43,999 nt of DNA from an uncultured Eubacteriales bacterium (lineage in GTDB: Bacteria; Bacillota; Clostridia; Lachnospirales; CAZQDT01). Below the pieces are notes generated by a model. The model was not told the DNA's origin, did no database searches, and worked only from the letters and a program-made list of their open reading frames with translations. The first letter of the stretch is position 1. Every line of letters starts with the position of its first letter. The translations under genes and the position numbers were made by a program. Positions 1 through 7,924 of the stretch are shown here, piece by piece. The stretch covers positions 1-43,999 of the forward strand of contig CAZQDT010000002.1 of assembly GCA_964592005.1 (NCBI GenBank). The letters are read 5' to 3'.

Positions 1-63
1 GCTCAACGGTAGAGCAGCTGACTTGTAATCAGCAGGTTGTAGGTTCGATTCCTATCATCAGCT
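1..63 (+). tRNA. tRNA-Thr (anticodon UGU), 5' end cut by window edge
   Basis: Window opens in the D-arm (GCTCAACGGTAGAGC). Anticodon stem GCTGA/TCAGC with loop CTTGTAA (TGT). T-arm GTAGG-TTCGATT-CCTAT. 3' acceptor CATCAGC plus discriminator T. CCA not encoded. Confidence 0.85.
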
Positions 64-107
64 TTAGATATGGAAAGTCCGTAAAGCGGATTTTTTGTAT
101 TTTATAT

Positions 108-189
108 GGATGGGTTCCCGAGTGGCCAAAGGGGGCAGACTGTAAATCTGTTGTCAATGACTTCGAAGGTCCGAATCCTTCCCCATCCA
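108..189 (+). tRNA. tRNA-Tyr (anticodon GUA), long variable arm
   Basis: Acceptor GGATGGG/CCCATCC. Anticodon stem GCAGA/TCTGT with loop CTGTAAA (GTA). Long variable arm as expected for bacterial tRNA-Tyr. T-arm GAAGG-TCCGAAT-CCTTC. Confidence 0.9.
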
Positions 190-205
190 GTAATAATTTT
201 AATAA

Positions 206-278
206 CGCGGGGTAGAGCAGTTGGAAGCTCGTCGGGCTCATAACCCGGAGGTCGCAGGTTCAAGTCCTGCCCCCGCAA
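206..278 (+). tRNA. initiator tRNA-fMet (anticodon CAU)
   Basis: Starts CGCGGGG and ends CCCCGCAA (C1-A72 mismatch). Three consecutive G-C pairs in the anticodon stem (GGG CTCATAA CCC). Near-identical in layout to E. coli tRNA-fMet. Confidence 0.9.
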
Positions 279-286
279 CTAATAAG

Positions 287-322
287 AACTTAACGGATAG
301 AGATATTTGTTAAGTTTTTTTA
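287..322 (+). terminator. Rho-independent terminator of the tRNA cluster
   Basis: Stem AACTTAAC (287-294) / GTTAAGTT (309-316) followed by a T-run. Confidence 0.7.
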
Positions 323-350
323 TATAAAAAATATATTGGAGGGATTAGCA

Positions 351-677
351 TTGGAGGATTTATGTTTTTATGAAATGCAGAAAATTCAAAAGGAATTGCA
401 GGAAAAATATAAAGATAAATGGGAAGCCCTTTCACCTCAGAAAGCAAGGAATATATTGCTGTGGATGTTTATAGAAGCAGGAGAAATGGCAGATATAATA
501 AAAAAAGATGGTGATGAAGAAATTATGAGTAATCCTAAAGTAAGGGAACATTTTATTGAAGAAATGTGCGATGTTATGATGTATTTTAATGATATAATGT
601 TGTGTTATTCAATAGAACCAAGTGAGTTAAAAAAGGTTTATTTGGAGAAGCATGAAAAAAATATGAAACGCTGGTAA
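351..677 (+). CDS. MazG-like nucleotide pyrophosphohydrolase (small all-alpha NTP-PPase)
   Basis: About 108 aa with E-x-G-E (IEAGEMAD) and EExxD (IEEMCDVMMY) metal-binding helices typical of the MazG/YpjD family. The ORF track starts at 336 (TTG). I prefer TTG 351 because GGAGGG (338-343) lies 7 nt upstream. ATG 375 is also possible. Confidence 0.75.
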   Translation: MEDLCFYEMQKIQKELQEKYKDKWEALSPQKARNILLWMFIEAGEMADIIKKDGDEEIMSNPKVREHFIEEMCDVMMYFNDIMLCYSIEPSELKKVYLEKHEKNMKRW

Positions 678-688
678 AAAAGAAAAAA

Positions 689-722
689 GGAGTATTGCAT
701 TTTTTGGTGCATACTCTCTTTT
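689..722. terminator. Bidirectional hairpin terminator between convergent genes
   Basis: GGAGTATTGCA / TGCATACTC stem with one bulge, then TCTTTTT. Sits between the MazG stop (677) and the stop of the minus-strand gene (727). Confidence 0.6.
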
Positions 723-726
723 TAAA

Positions 727-1953
727 TTACAATTCTACTCCATTAAGTTTGAGTAATTCTCTTGCACTTTCTAAAGAGTCAATACCTTCTTTATTTTTGA
801 TAGGTGCAAATTCTTTATTTCTTTCTACTTCATATATAAGAACATCATCATAAAGTTGAATCATATCAAGTATTAAAGTTTCAAATTTATAGCCATTATT
901 TTCAGTTGGTTTTATATAATTTCCATTATCATCTATGTAAGAGATTTTTTTGTTTGCCAAGTGGACAGGCAAACAGTCATAGGATTTATTTTGAAGTTTA
1001 TTTATGTCAAATAAATAATTTAATGTAACACCATAATTGTATACACGCTCTCCATTTTCATCTAATATTTGATTTACTTCTTCTGTAAGTTCATAATATT
1101 CTATAATGGATGGAACACCGTTTTTCTTACATATAACACCTACCTTTTCATCTGGGGCATTTTTCTTTATAACTTTTGCACCCATAGGCATATTAGAAGC
1201 AATAGTAGCTCCTAAAAATACAGGGTCAGCTATTCTTTGAAGAACATTATCTACTGCAAATACATTTAGCCATTGAACACCAGAATCTAAAGCTTGTTTG
1301 AGTAATCCGCATTTTCCAAGAGAACTAAACCAGCCTCCGTTCCCATTAGGTGATAAAGCAATTTTCCATTTTTCGTCCATAAGAATTTTGCCATTATAAT
1401 CTACGGCAGGAGCCATTTCTTGAACAAAGAATTTTATGTAATCTTTGTTATAGCCGAAATAATTATGTTTTTCAAAAAATTCTATTGTAGCAGAATTATT
1501 TTTAACACTTGTCATAATATACAAGTAAATCCAAGTATTGTCAGCTTGTTTCAATACATCTAAAATATTATTTATCAGTAATTCAAAAATATATAGTTCT
1601 TTGTTAATTCCAACATTTAAAGTACCTTTTGGACCATCAAAACCTAAACGTGAACCTTGTCCCCCGGCAAGAAGTACCGCAGCAATTTTCCCTTCTTTTA
1701 TTGCTGAAATTCCCTGAGAAAAATAATTAGCAGTATTTTCTTTTATTTTGGGAATTGTCATAACTTCCATAGGAGAAAGGGAATAATCTGCTTGTTCTTC
1801 ATTATTGTTTAAGTTTTTTAAAATTTCAAAATCTATTTTTTCTATATCATCAAGTAAGCTTTGTTTTTGTTCATCAGAAAGATTGTCATAAAATTTTAAA
1901 AGATGTGTTTGATTATAATTTTCTAATTTTTTCTTGATATCGGCAAAATCCAT
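727..1953 (-). CDS. UDP-sugar / UDP-N-acetylhexosamine pyrophosphorylase (UDPGP/UAP family uridylyltransferase)
   Basis: 408 aa. Nucleotide-binding loop LLAGGQGSRLG, PNGNGG motif, and overall UAP1/UDPGP-type layout. RBS AAGGAGGA 7 nt upstream of the ATG. Confidence 0.8.
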   Translation of the reverse strand: MDFADIKKKLENYNQTHLLKFYDNLSDEQKQSLLDDIEKIDFEILKNLNNNEEQADYSLSPMEVMTIPKIKENTANYFSQGISAIKEGKIAAVLLAGGQGSRLGFDGPKGTLNVGINKELYIFELLINNILDVLKQADNTWIYLYIMTSVKNNSATIEFFEKHNYFGYNKDYIKFFVQEMAPAVDYNGKILMDEKWKIALSPNGNGGWFSSLGKCGLLKQALDSGVQWLNVFAVDNVLQRIADPVFLGATIASNMPMGAKVIKKNAPDEKVGVICKKNGVPSIIEYYELTEEVNQILDENGERVYNYGVTLNYLFDINKLQNKSYDCLPVHLANKKISYIDDNGNYIKPTENNGYKFETLILDMIQLYDDVLIYEVERNKEFAPIKNKEGIDSLESARELLKLNGVEL

Positions 1954-1989
1954 ATTAAAATCCTCCTTAAGAAAATGTATTTTAAAATT

Positions 1990-2018
1990 ATTTTAGCATA
2001 AAGTTATATCTTTGTCAC
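1990..2018 (-). promoter_or_regulatory. Putative sigma-A promoter of the uridylyltransferase gene
   Basis: Minus strand reads GTGACA-17 nt-TAAAAT with TGC immediately upstream of the -10 (extended -10). Confidence 0.5.
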
Positions 2019-2128
2019 TTGATTTTTGTTTGTCATTTTTAGTTTTGGGAAATTTTGCTTTAGCTAATTTTTTAAAATTTTGTAACTATTTACAACTGCT
2101 ATTTGTATGAATGCCAGGAAGGTTATTA

Positions 2129-2155
2129 TAAAAAAGCAAGGCATAAGCCTTGCTT
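2129..2155 (-). terminator. Rho-independent terminator of the lipoprotein gene
   Basis: Stem AGCAAGGC (2135-2142) / GCCTTGCT (2147-2154), loop ATAA. On the minus strand it is followed by TTTTTT. Confidence 0.8.
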
Positions 2156-2170
2156 AAAATGCTAGATATC

Positions 2171-2989
2171 TTATTCTGACTTATTAACAAATACACCATC
2201 GACAGTTCCAAAATACAGATTTTTCTCTGTTAAATCCGCAGTAGTTATTGTATTATTTTCAAATACCGTGTAATAGTTTTCTAGCGGATTCTTTTTGTCA
2301 AAAACATATAAAGTATCGCCATTATTAAACTTAATACTTATTGTTGTTATGGCTTCGACTGCATATGAATAAGCCACATAATTATCACATTTTGTATACG
2401 ATACATACCATGTTAAGTTACCTGCACCATCTCTTACGCTGCATTGTGCAGTAGAGTTTCCATCGTATTCTACTGTTATTACTGATTCTTCACCATTAAC
2501 GTCTGTTCCCTTAACAACAGCATTACCATTGGCACCATCTACATTATATTCTGCTGCGGTAATAGATAGATAACTTTCTATGTCATCAATAACATCCTCT
2601 ACATCTCCTGAAAAAATTCTTTCACAGCCCAAATCTAGAGCATATGAAGACATGGAATTAAGATAAAGTGCAGCGTCCGTAGCATAAAAATCTGCATCAT
2701 AATATTGAGTCAGCTCAGACATTGCATCAGAGATTACAAGTCGACAGCCACTTATAAAATCTCTGAAGTCACTGTATTTTGAATTAAAATTCCTGTTTCC
2801 TGCAATCACATTTTCATCATCATTGCCTTTATTATCTTCATCAGTTGACCTGTCATTATCCTCATCAGTCACTTCGTCCTCTGTTTGAAACATTATTTCG
2901 TCATCGTTCTCGTTTATGTTGCCGTTTGAACAGCCTGTAACAGATGTAAGCATCAGTCCAGCAAGCAGAACTACTATTAATTTCTTCAT
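2171..2989 (-). CDS. Hypothetical lipoprotein with acidic low-complexity N-terminal linker
   Basis: Signal peptide MKKLIVVLLAGLMLTSVTGC with lipobox VTG-C, followed by a D/E/N-rich linker. RBS GAGGGG 8 nt upstream of ATG 2989 (the ORF track extends to 2998). No family recognised. Confidence 0.75.
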   Translation of the reverse strand: MKKLIVVLLAGLMLTSVTGCSNGNINENDDEIMFQTEDEVTDEDNDRSTDEDNKGNDDENVIAGNRNFNSKYSDFRDFISGCRLVISDAMSELTQYYDADFYATDAALYLNSMSSYALDLGCERIFSGDVEDVIDDIESYLSITAAEYNVDGANGNAVVKGTDVNGEESVITVEYDGNSTAQCSVRDGAGNLTWYVSYTKCDNYVAYSYAVEAITTISIKFNNGDTLYVFDKKNPLENYYTVFENNTITTADLTEKNLYFGTVDGVFVNKSE

Positions 2990-3035
2990 ATTCAACACCC
3001 CTCTTTGTATGAATATAATAAATTATTATAACTAC

Positions 3036-3074
3036 AATTATAATTATAATTATAATTATAATTATAATTATAAT
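3036..3074. repeat. Hexanucleotide microsatellite (AATTAT)x6.5
   Basis: Six perfect AATTAT units (3036-3071) plus a partial unit. Each junction creates TATAAT on both strands. Lies 47-85 nt upstream of the lipoprotein start. Confidence 0.95.
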
Positions 3075-3095
3075 ATGTTTTTTCTTGTCAGTCAA
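3067..3095 (-). promoter_or_regulatory. Putative sigma-A promoter of the lipoprotein gene; -10 is the first repeat unit
   Basis: Minus strand reads TTGACT (3095-3090), 17 nt, TATAAT (3072-3067). The remaining repeat units lie downstream of the -10. Confidence 0.55.
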
Positions 3096-3126
3096 TTATT
3101 TATCATTTGTAACAATCAAAAAAATA

Positions 3127-3154
3127 TTTGACAAATAGGTATTTGCTTGTCAAA
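3127..3154. promoter_or_regulatory. Inverted repeat TTTGACAA-N12-TTGTCAAA (candidate operator)
   Basis: Perfect 8-bp arms at 3127-3134 and 3147-3154, just upstream of the lipoprotein promoter and downstream of the hydrolase stop. Confidence 0.35.
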
Positions 3155-3170
3155 AATGCCGCTGTTTTTG

Positions 3171-3902
3171 TTATAAAAGAGGGAAATGAGTAAAATCCTG
3201 TTTGATGGGAATATTTCTTTTTGCCCAATCATCTAATACCTTCAACTGTTTTTCTGTATGAAACCAATGCTCCCCATTTTCTACAACAGTTAAATTACAT
3301 TTGAATTTCTGTGAAAAATACTCCACGCTATCACGGTCAACCAAATTATCATTTTCACCATATAATATCGATGTTGGAAAAATCCATTTTGTAATGGGGT
3401 GTTTGAGAATGTATTGCCAATATTCCCAAGATAGTGTTTGACCAAAATCAGTTGGTATAATAAGTTCTTGTTGTAATTGAGTTTCAGAAACATTTGCCCA
3501 CTTCATCATTTTTGAAACAAGTTGTTTCATATCTACGACAGGAGATACAAATAAGCATTGGTCTAAATTTTCATTGCTAAAACTAAGCATACTAAACCAA
3601 GCACCTATGCTGTTTGCGAATAAAGAAATATTCTGCCAATGTTTTTTAGCATATTTCATTACTGTTTTCAATTCTGGAACTGTGTGCCATGGGTCAAATG
3701 AGTCTGTATCAGATTTTCGTTGCCCGTGTTCAGGTAAATCAATACTTAATACTTGAAATCCTCTTTGACAAACAATATCCGAAAAAGCAGCGGCTTCTTC
3801 TTTGTTTCCGCCTTGCCCGTGAATATATAGAAATATGCGTTTTGATGATTTTCCCCATATAATAGCAGGAACTTTTCCTATTGATATATTTTGTTTATAC
3901 AT
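3171..3902 (-). CDS. Alpha/beta hydrolase fold protein
   Basis: 243 aa. HGQGG oxyanion-type motif, nucleophile elbow A-N-S-I-G, later acidic residue (GENDNLVD) and His (GEHWFH). RBS GGAGGA 7 nt upstream. Confidence 0.75.
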   Translation of the reverse strand: MYKQNISIGKVPAIIWGKSSKRIFLYIHGQGGNKEEAAAFSDIVCQRGFQVLSIDLPEHGQRKSDTDSFDPWHTVPELKTVMKYAKKHWQNISLFANSIGAWFSMLSFSNENLDQCLFVSPVVDMKQLVSKMMKWANVSETQLQQELIIPTDFGQTLSWEYWQYILKHPITKWIFPTSILYGENDNLVDRDSVEYFSQKFKCNLTVVENGEHWFHTEKQLKVLDDWAKRNIPIKQDFTHFPLL

Positions 3903-3940
3903 TTTATTGTCCTCCGTAAACTAATTAAGATAGTCACATA

Positions 3941-3955
3941 ACTAATATAATTAGT
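3941..3955. promoter_or_regulatory. Palindrome ACTAAT-ATA-ATTAGT (candidate TetR operator 1)
   Basis: Perfect 15-bp palindrome in the divergent hydrolase/TetR intergenic region. It shares the CTAAT half-site with the 4024-4036 palindrome. Confidence 0.5.
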
Positions 3956-4014
3956 ATTGTATATTAAACTTTGCTGAATGTCAATAGATTAGCAACAATC
4001 TACTAATGAAAATA

Positions 4015-4043
4015 TTGACTTTGCTAATTAAATTAGTTAAAAT
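4015..4043 (+). promoter_or_regulatory. tetR promoter with embedded palindromic operator
   Basis: TTGACT (4015-4020), 17 nt, TAAAAT (4038-4043). The spacer contains the perfect palindrome CTAATT-A-AATTAG (4024-4036). Confidence 0.6.
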
Positions 4044-4076
4044 AAAGATGTAAATAGCTTGAAATGAGGTTTTAAA

Positions 4077-4637
4077 ATGAAAATTACGAAAGACACAGTA
4101 ATACAAACTGCATCAGATATAGCTGACGAAAAAGGGCTCAATAACCTTTCACTCAAAATAGTTGCGGAAAAGCTCAACATTAAAGCACCTTCTTTATATA
4201 ATCATATAGATTGTTTAGATGATCTTTTGAGGGCTGTTGCTCATAATGGTATGCAGAAAATGAATGAACTAATGAAACAAGCTGCTATTGGAATGATTGG
4301 AACTGCCGCAATAAAGGCAGTATCTGTTGAGTACCTTAACTATATGATTGAGCATCCCGGAGTATATGAAACTATCCAATGGGCTACTTGGCACAGCATA
4401 GATGAAACAAACGCTATATTTGATGACTATTTATCACTTTTAACAACACTTATTAAATCCTGTAATTTTAACTCAGTACAAACTAATGATATATTAAATA
4501 TGATTACAGGAATTATTCATGGTTACACAACACTTCAACTAAAGTATGCGTTTTCAAATCCTGACAAAGTGCGGAATGATTTATGCAATGCTTTAGATGT
4601 TTTGCTAACGGGCATTCATATGAAATATAAGCAATAA
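4077..4637 (+). CDS. TetR/AcrR family transcriptional regulator
   Basis: 186 aa. N-terminal HTH (LSLKIVAEKLNIKAPSLYNHI) and helical C-terminal ligand domain. Divergent from the hydrolase gene. Confidence 0.85.
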   Translation: MKITKDTVIQTASDIADEKGLNNLSLKIVAEKLNIKAPSLYNHIDCLDDLLRAVAHNGMQKMNELMKQAAIGMIGTAAIKAVSVEYLNYMIEHPGVYETIQWATWHSIDETNAIFDDYLSLLTTLIKSCNFNSVQTNDILNMITGIIHGYTTLQLKYAFSNPDKVRNDLCNALDVLLTGIHMKYKQ

Positions 4638-4642
4638 CAAAT

Positions 4643-4695
4643 AAAGCCGATGATTTATGTGAGTTGTCTTACAAATTTATCGGCTTTGTGTTTTG
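4643..4695 (+). terminator. Putative terminator after tetR
   Basis: AAAGCCGAT (4643-4651) / ATCGGCTTT (4679-4687) with a large loop, followed by GTGTTTTG. Confidence 0.5.
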
Positions 4696-4942
4696 TGCTT
4701 TTATAAGATTTTTCTACCTTTACTTTGGATAAAAAAATGTTCTGTGTTCCCCTATTTTAAATTACGCCAATGATATTCATATATTGTTTTAACCTTTCTA
4801 GTTCACTTTTGTTTATAATAATTTAAAAAATACTATAATTACTTATTATTGTGAGAAATAGCTAATAAAAGAATGCAAGCCAACCCTTGAATGGATATAG
4901 TGGAAATAAACTTTTTATTTTAGCGTTTTTAGAATTTTTTAA

Positions 4943-4971
4943 TTGAATAAGATATAATTAAAATGTATAAT
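4943..4971 (+). promoter_or_regulatory. Putative sigma-A promoter of the GAF/HD-GYP gene
   Basis: TTGAAT (4943-4948), 17 nt, TATAAT (4966-4971). It overlaps the ORF-track ATG at 4963, which argues for the downstream start. The implied leader is very short. Confidence 0.45.
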
Positions 4972-4992
4972 AAAAATGGGGAGGGGTTTAAA

Positions 4993-6462
4993 ATGGGGTT
5001 ATCTGCTGAATTGGAAAAAATATTAGATATGGGTATTGCATTGACAGGTGAAAAAGATTATAAAAGGCTTTTAGAAAAAATAATTTCAGAAACTTTATGT
5101 GTAACTAATAGTGATTGTGGAATGTTATATTTGATTGAAGAAAATTTTTTAAAATCCAAATTTATGATAAATAAAAGTTTGAATGTATATGTAAGTATGG
5201 AAGAAACTGTTGAATTTGAAATTCCTTTGGAAGAAGAAAATATATGTGGTTGTTGTGTAATAAAGAAAAAAATAATAAATGTAGTAGATATTTATAAAGA
5301 TAAGGAATTTGATTTTTCAAGAACAAAAGAATATGATAAATTTATGGGGTATCAAACGAAATCTATGCTTGTTATACCGTTAGAAGACAATGAAAATAAT
5401 GTATTAGGTGTTATACAGCTTGTAAATTCAATGTCTGAAGATGGAAACATTATAGAATTTTCTAAGGATTATGAGAAAATTGCATTTTCTCTTGCAAGTC
5501 AAGCATCTGTTTCATTGGCGAATATGCGTTATATTAAAGAAATGGAGTTGACACTTTATTCAATGGTTTCTGTATTTACAGCGGCTATTGATGAAAGAAC
5601 ACCTTATAATGCAAATCACACAAAAAATGTTGCACAGTATACAGATGGATTTATTGAATATATAAATCAAAAATATAATGAATGTATTACAGATATATAT
5701 TTTAAAAAAAATGAAAAAGAACAAACTGTTATGGCTGCTATGCTCCATGATATAGGTAAACTTGTAATACCTGTAAAAATAATGAATAAAGCTGATAAAC
5801 TAGGCGAAAGATATCAAACTCTTATGGCACGTATGGAGTTGATAAGAGCAAAAATAAAGATAGATTTTTTAGAAGGTAATTTTTCAAAATGTGAGTGGTT
5901 GGAAAAAGACAATTATATTTTGGAAAGTATAAGATTTATTGAAAAAATAAATAAAAGTCATTCTATTGATGAAAAAGATATAAAATTAATAGATGAACTT
6001 TCAAAGACCTATTATAAAGAAAAAGATGGACAAAATATATACTATATAAATGAAAGTGAAAAAGATTGTTTGATGATTAAAAAAGGAACACTGACGAGAG
6101 ATGAACGAAAGATTATGGAAAGTCATGCAGAAGTTACAGTAAGACTTTTAGAAAAAGTACATTTCGGAGAAAAATATTCTGATGTGGTTAAAATTGCAGG
6201 AAAACATCATGAGTTTCTTGACGGTTCGGGGTATCCGAATGGACTTACTTCTAAATATCTTCCAAAAGAAGCAAGAATACTTGTAATTTTGGATATATTT
6301 GAATCGCTTACGTCAGATGATAGACCATATAAAAAAGCATTGACAGTTGAACAAAGTTTTGAAATATTAGATAAAATGGCACAAGAAAGCAAAATTGACA
6401 AAAAATTGTTAGATTTATTTGAGGGGTATATAAGAGAAAAATTTAAATTAAATTTAGAATAA
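4993..6462 (+). CDS. GAF domain-containing HD-GYP phosphodiesterase (c-di-GMP hydrolase type)
   Basis: N-terminal GAF-like region. C-terminal HD-GYP motifs: H..HDIGK and HHEFLDGSGYPNG. RBS GGGGAGGGG 7 nt upstream of ATG 4993 (ORF track starts at 4963). Confidence 0.85.
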   Translation: MGLSAELEKILDMGIALTGEKDYKRLLEKIISETLCVTNSDCGMLYLIEENFLKSKFMINKSLNVYVSMEETVEFEIPLEEENICGCCVIKKKIINVVDIYKDKEFDFSRTKEYDKFMGYQTKSMLVIPLEDNENNVLGVIQLVNSMSEDGNIIEFSKDYEKIAFSLASQASVSLANMRYIKEMELTLYSMVSVFTAAIDERTPYNANHTKNVAQYTDGFIEYINQKYNECITDIYFKKNEKEQTVMAAMLHDIGKLVIPVKIMNKADKLGERYQTLMARMELIRAKIKIDFLEGNFSKCEWLEKDNYILESIRFIEKINKSHSIDEKDIKLIDELSKTYYKEKDGQNIYYINESEKDCLMIKKGTLTRDERKIMESHAEVTVRLLEKVHFGEKYSDVVKIAGKHHEFLDGSGYPNGLTSKYLPKEARILVILDIFESLTSDDRPYKKALTVEQSFEILDKMAQESKIDKKLLDLFEGYIREKFKLNLE

Positions 6463-6512
6463 AATATGGCGGCGGGTAATGTAAGCTAAGGAAGTTCCCG
6501 CCGCCATATTTA
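6463..6512. terminator. Bidirectional GC-rich hairpin terminator
   Basis: ATATGGCGGCGGG (6464-6476) / CCCGCCGCCATAT (6497-6509), between convergent genes. Confidence 0.8.
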
Positions 6513-6531
6513 TGCAGTAGGGTTTTATATT

Positions 6532-7710
6532 TTATTCTGCATCATTTTTTCTGTGTATTAAGTTTAATAAAATGAATATTACAGTAAAAGCTGCTGCAAT
6601 AATAAGCACACTCATACCACCGGCAATACCTATTTTGTCAGCAACAGTTCCTATTATACTTGGCATAAGTATTGCACCTAAACTTGCACAGGTAAGAATA
6701 CAACTCAATGCAAGAGGGTATTTTTTTGTAATATTTCCAATTCCTGAAAGGGTAGTAGGATATAAGCCTGCCATACAGAAACCTACTCCAACAATACCAA
6801 TTGTAGCACTTGGCAGTGTTTTTGCAGAAAGAAGAATTATAAAGAATATTACATATCCTATACCATTTACAGCTAAAATTTTTGATTTTTTAACTTTTTG
6901 TGAAAGATATGCACATGTAAGTCTTCCAAATAGTATTACTATCCAAAGTAAACTTGCCATACTTTGTGCAAAGCTGTCGCTCATAATTCCTGTTTCTTTG
7001 AAATATGTAACAAGCCAACCATTTATTGCTTGTTCTGCCGAAAGATAGAAAAATAAAATTCCGCAGGCAATTAAATAATTTTTATCTTTTAAAAATTCTA
7101 AAGAAATTTTACGTTTTTCTTTTGGAGCAGGATTATTGTTAGGTATTTTCATAAATAAAAGAACAATAAGTTCTGTAAAACATAAAAATGCCAAAGTTAA
7201 AGCGGCAAAAATCCAATTATCAGAATTATTTCTTGTAAAGAATAATGCAATAAAAGGAGAGGAAAAAGCACCAAGAGCAAATACGGCATGAAGTAAATTT
7301 AATGCCCATGCTTTTCCGGTAGCAATATCATTTATTACGGTATTGTTGAAATTGCTGACTGCACCACGGTTTATACCTGTTAAGAAAAATGCAATCAGTA
7401 AAAGTATTGGATTTCCACTTAAAACCATAAGCAAGAAAGCTATTGTTCCAGTGCTTACTAAAAGCATAATACTTTTTTTGCGTCCTAGATAGACAGGTAA
7501 TATACCACCAATAAAGCTTGAAATAAGATTTCCTATTGAGTGAAAAGAAATCATAAGTCCAGTAAGCTTATAATTAAGATTGTAGGTTTCTTTCATATAT
7601 GGAAGCATTGCACCTAAAATAAGAGCTAAAGCACCATTTACAAAGAATATGTAATAACAGCTTACAAATAATTTTTTCTCGTTGTTTTCGAGAGTTTTAA
7701 CTGAATTCAA
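6532..7710 (-). CDS. MFS transporter
   Basis: About 12 predicted hydrophobic helices and a G-R-K-K loop after TM2 (VYLGRKKS). AGGAGG lies 6 nt upstream of in-frame TTG 7710 (ORF track extends to 7743). Confidence 0.8.
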   Translation of the reverse strand: MNSVKTLENNEKKLFVSCYYIFFVNGALALILGAMLPYMKETYNLNYKLTGLMISFHSIGNLISSFIGGILPVYLGRKKSIMLLVSTGTIAFLLMVLSGNPILLLIAFFLTGINRGAVSNFNNTVINDIATGKAWALNLLHAVFALGAFSSPFIALFFTRNNSDNWIFAALTLAFLCFTELIVLLFMKIPNNNPAPKEKRKISLEFLKDKNYLIACGILFFYLSAEQAINGWLVTYFKETGIMSDSFAQSMASLLWIVILFGRLTCAYLSQKVKKSKILAVNGIGYVIFFIILLSAKTLPSATIGIVGVGFCMAGLYPTTLSGIGNITKKYPLALSCILTCASLGAILMPSIIGTVADKIGIAGGMSVLIIAAAFTVIFILLNLIHRKNDAE

Positions 7711-7760
7711 AAGATGACCTCCTAAAAAATATTTTAACAACAAGCATTATATTAGCATTT

Positions 7761-7832
7761 TATAAACATTTTGTCAAAAAATAAGCAAAATAAATAGTAT
7801 TTATTTTTTAGTATATCTACAAAATGTTTATA
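7761..7832. repeat. 14-bp perfect inverted repeat TATAAACATTTTGT ... ACAAAATGTTTATA
   Basis: Arms at 7761-7774 and 7819-7832, 44 nt apart, in the divergent MFS / SBP-DGC control region. Confidence 0.9.
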
Positions 7833-7924
7833 TGTGTTTGAATTTTATAAGGAATAATTGACTAAATCGGATTATTGTGATAATCTAAAAATAGTTAAAA
7901 ATATAACTGATGGAAGTGATGCTG

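Noticed and set aside
29-241. 70-aa minus-strand ORF
   Set aside because: It lies entirely antisense to three tRNA genes, so it is an artefact of tRNA sequence.
2901-3131. ORFs encoding poly-Ile (64 aa, minus strand) and poly-Asn-Tyr (71 aa, plus strand)
   Set aside because: They are translations of the AATTAT microsatellite and flanking promoter DNA. They overlap the real lipoprotein start and have no SD.
6572-7048. 158-aa plus-strand ORF inside the MFS gene
   Set aside because: It is antisense to a well-supported transporter CDS. Its composition is the mirror of hydrophobic codons, and it has no SD.
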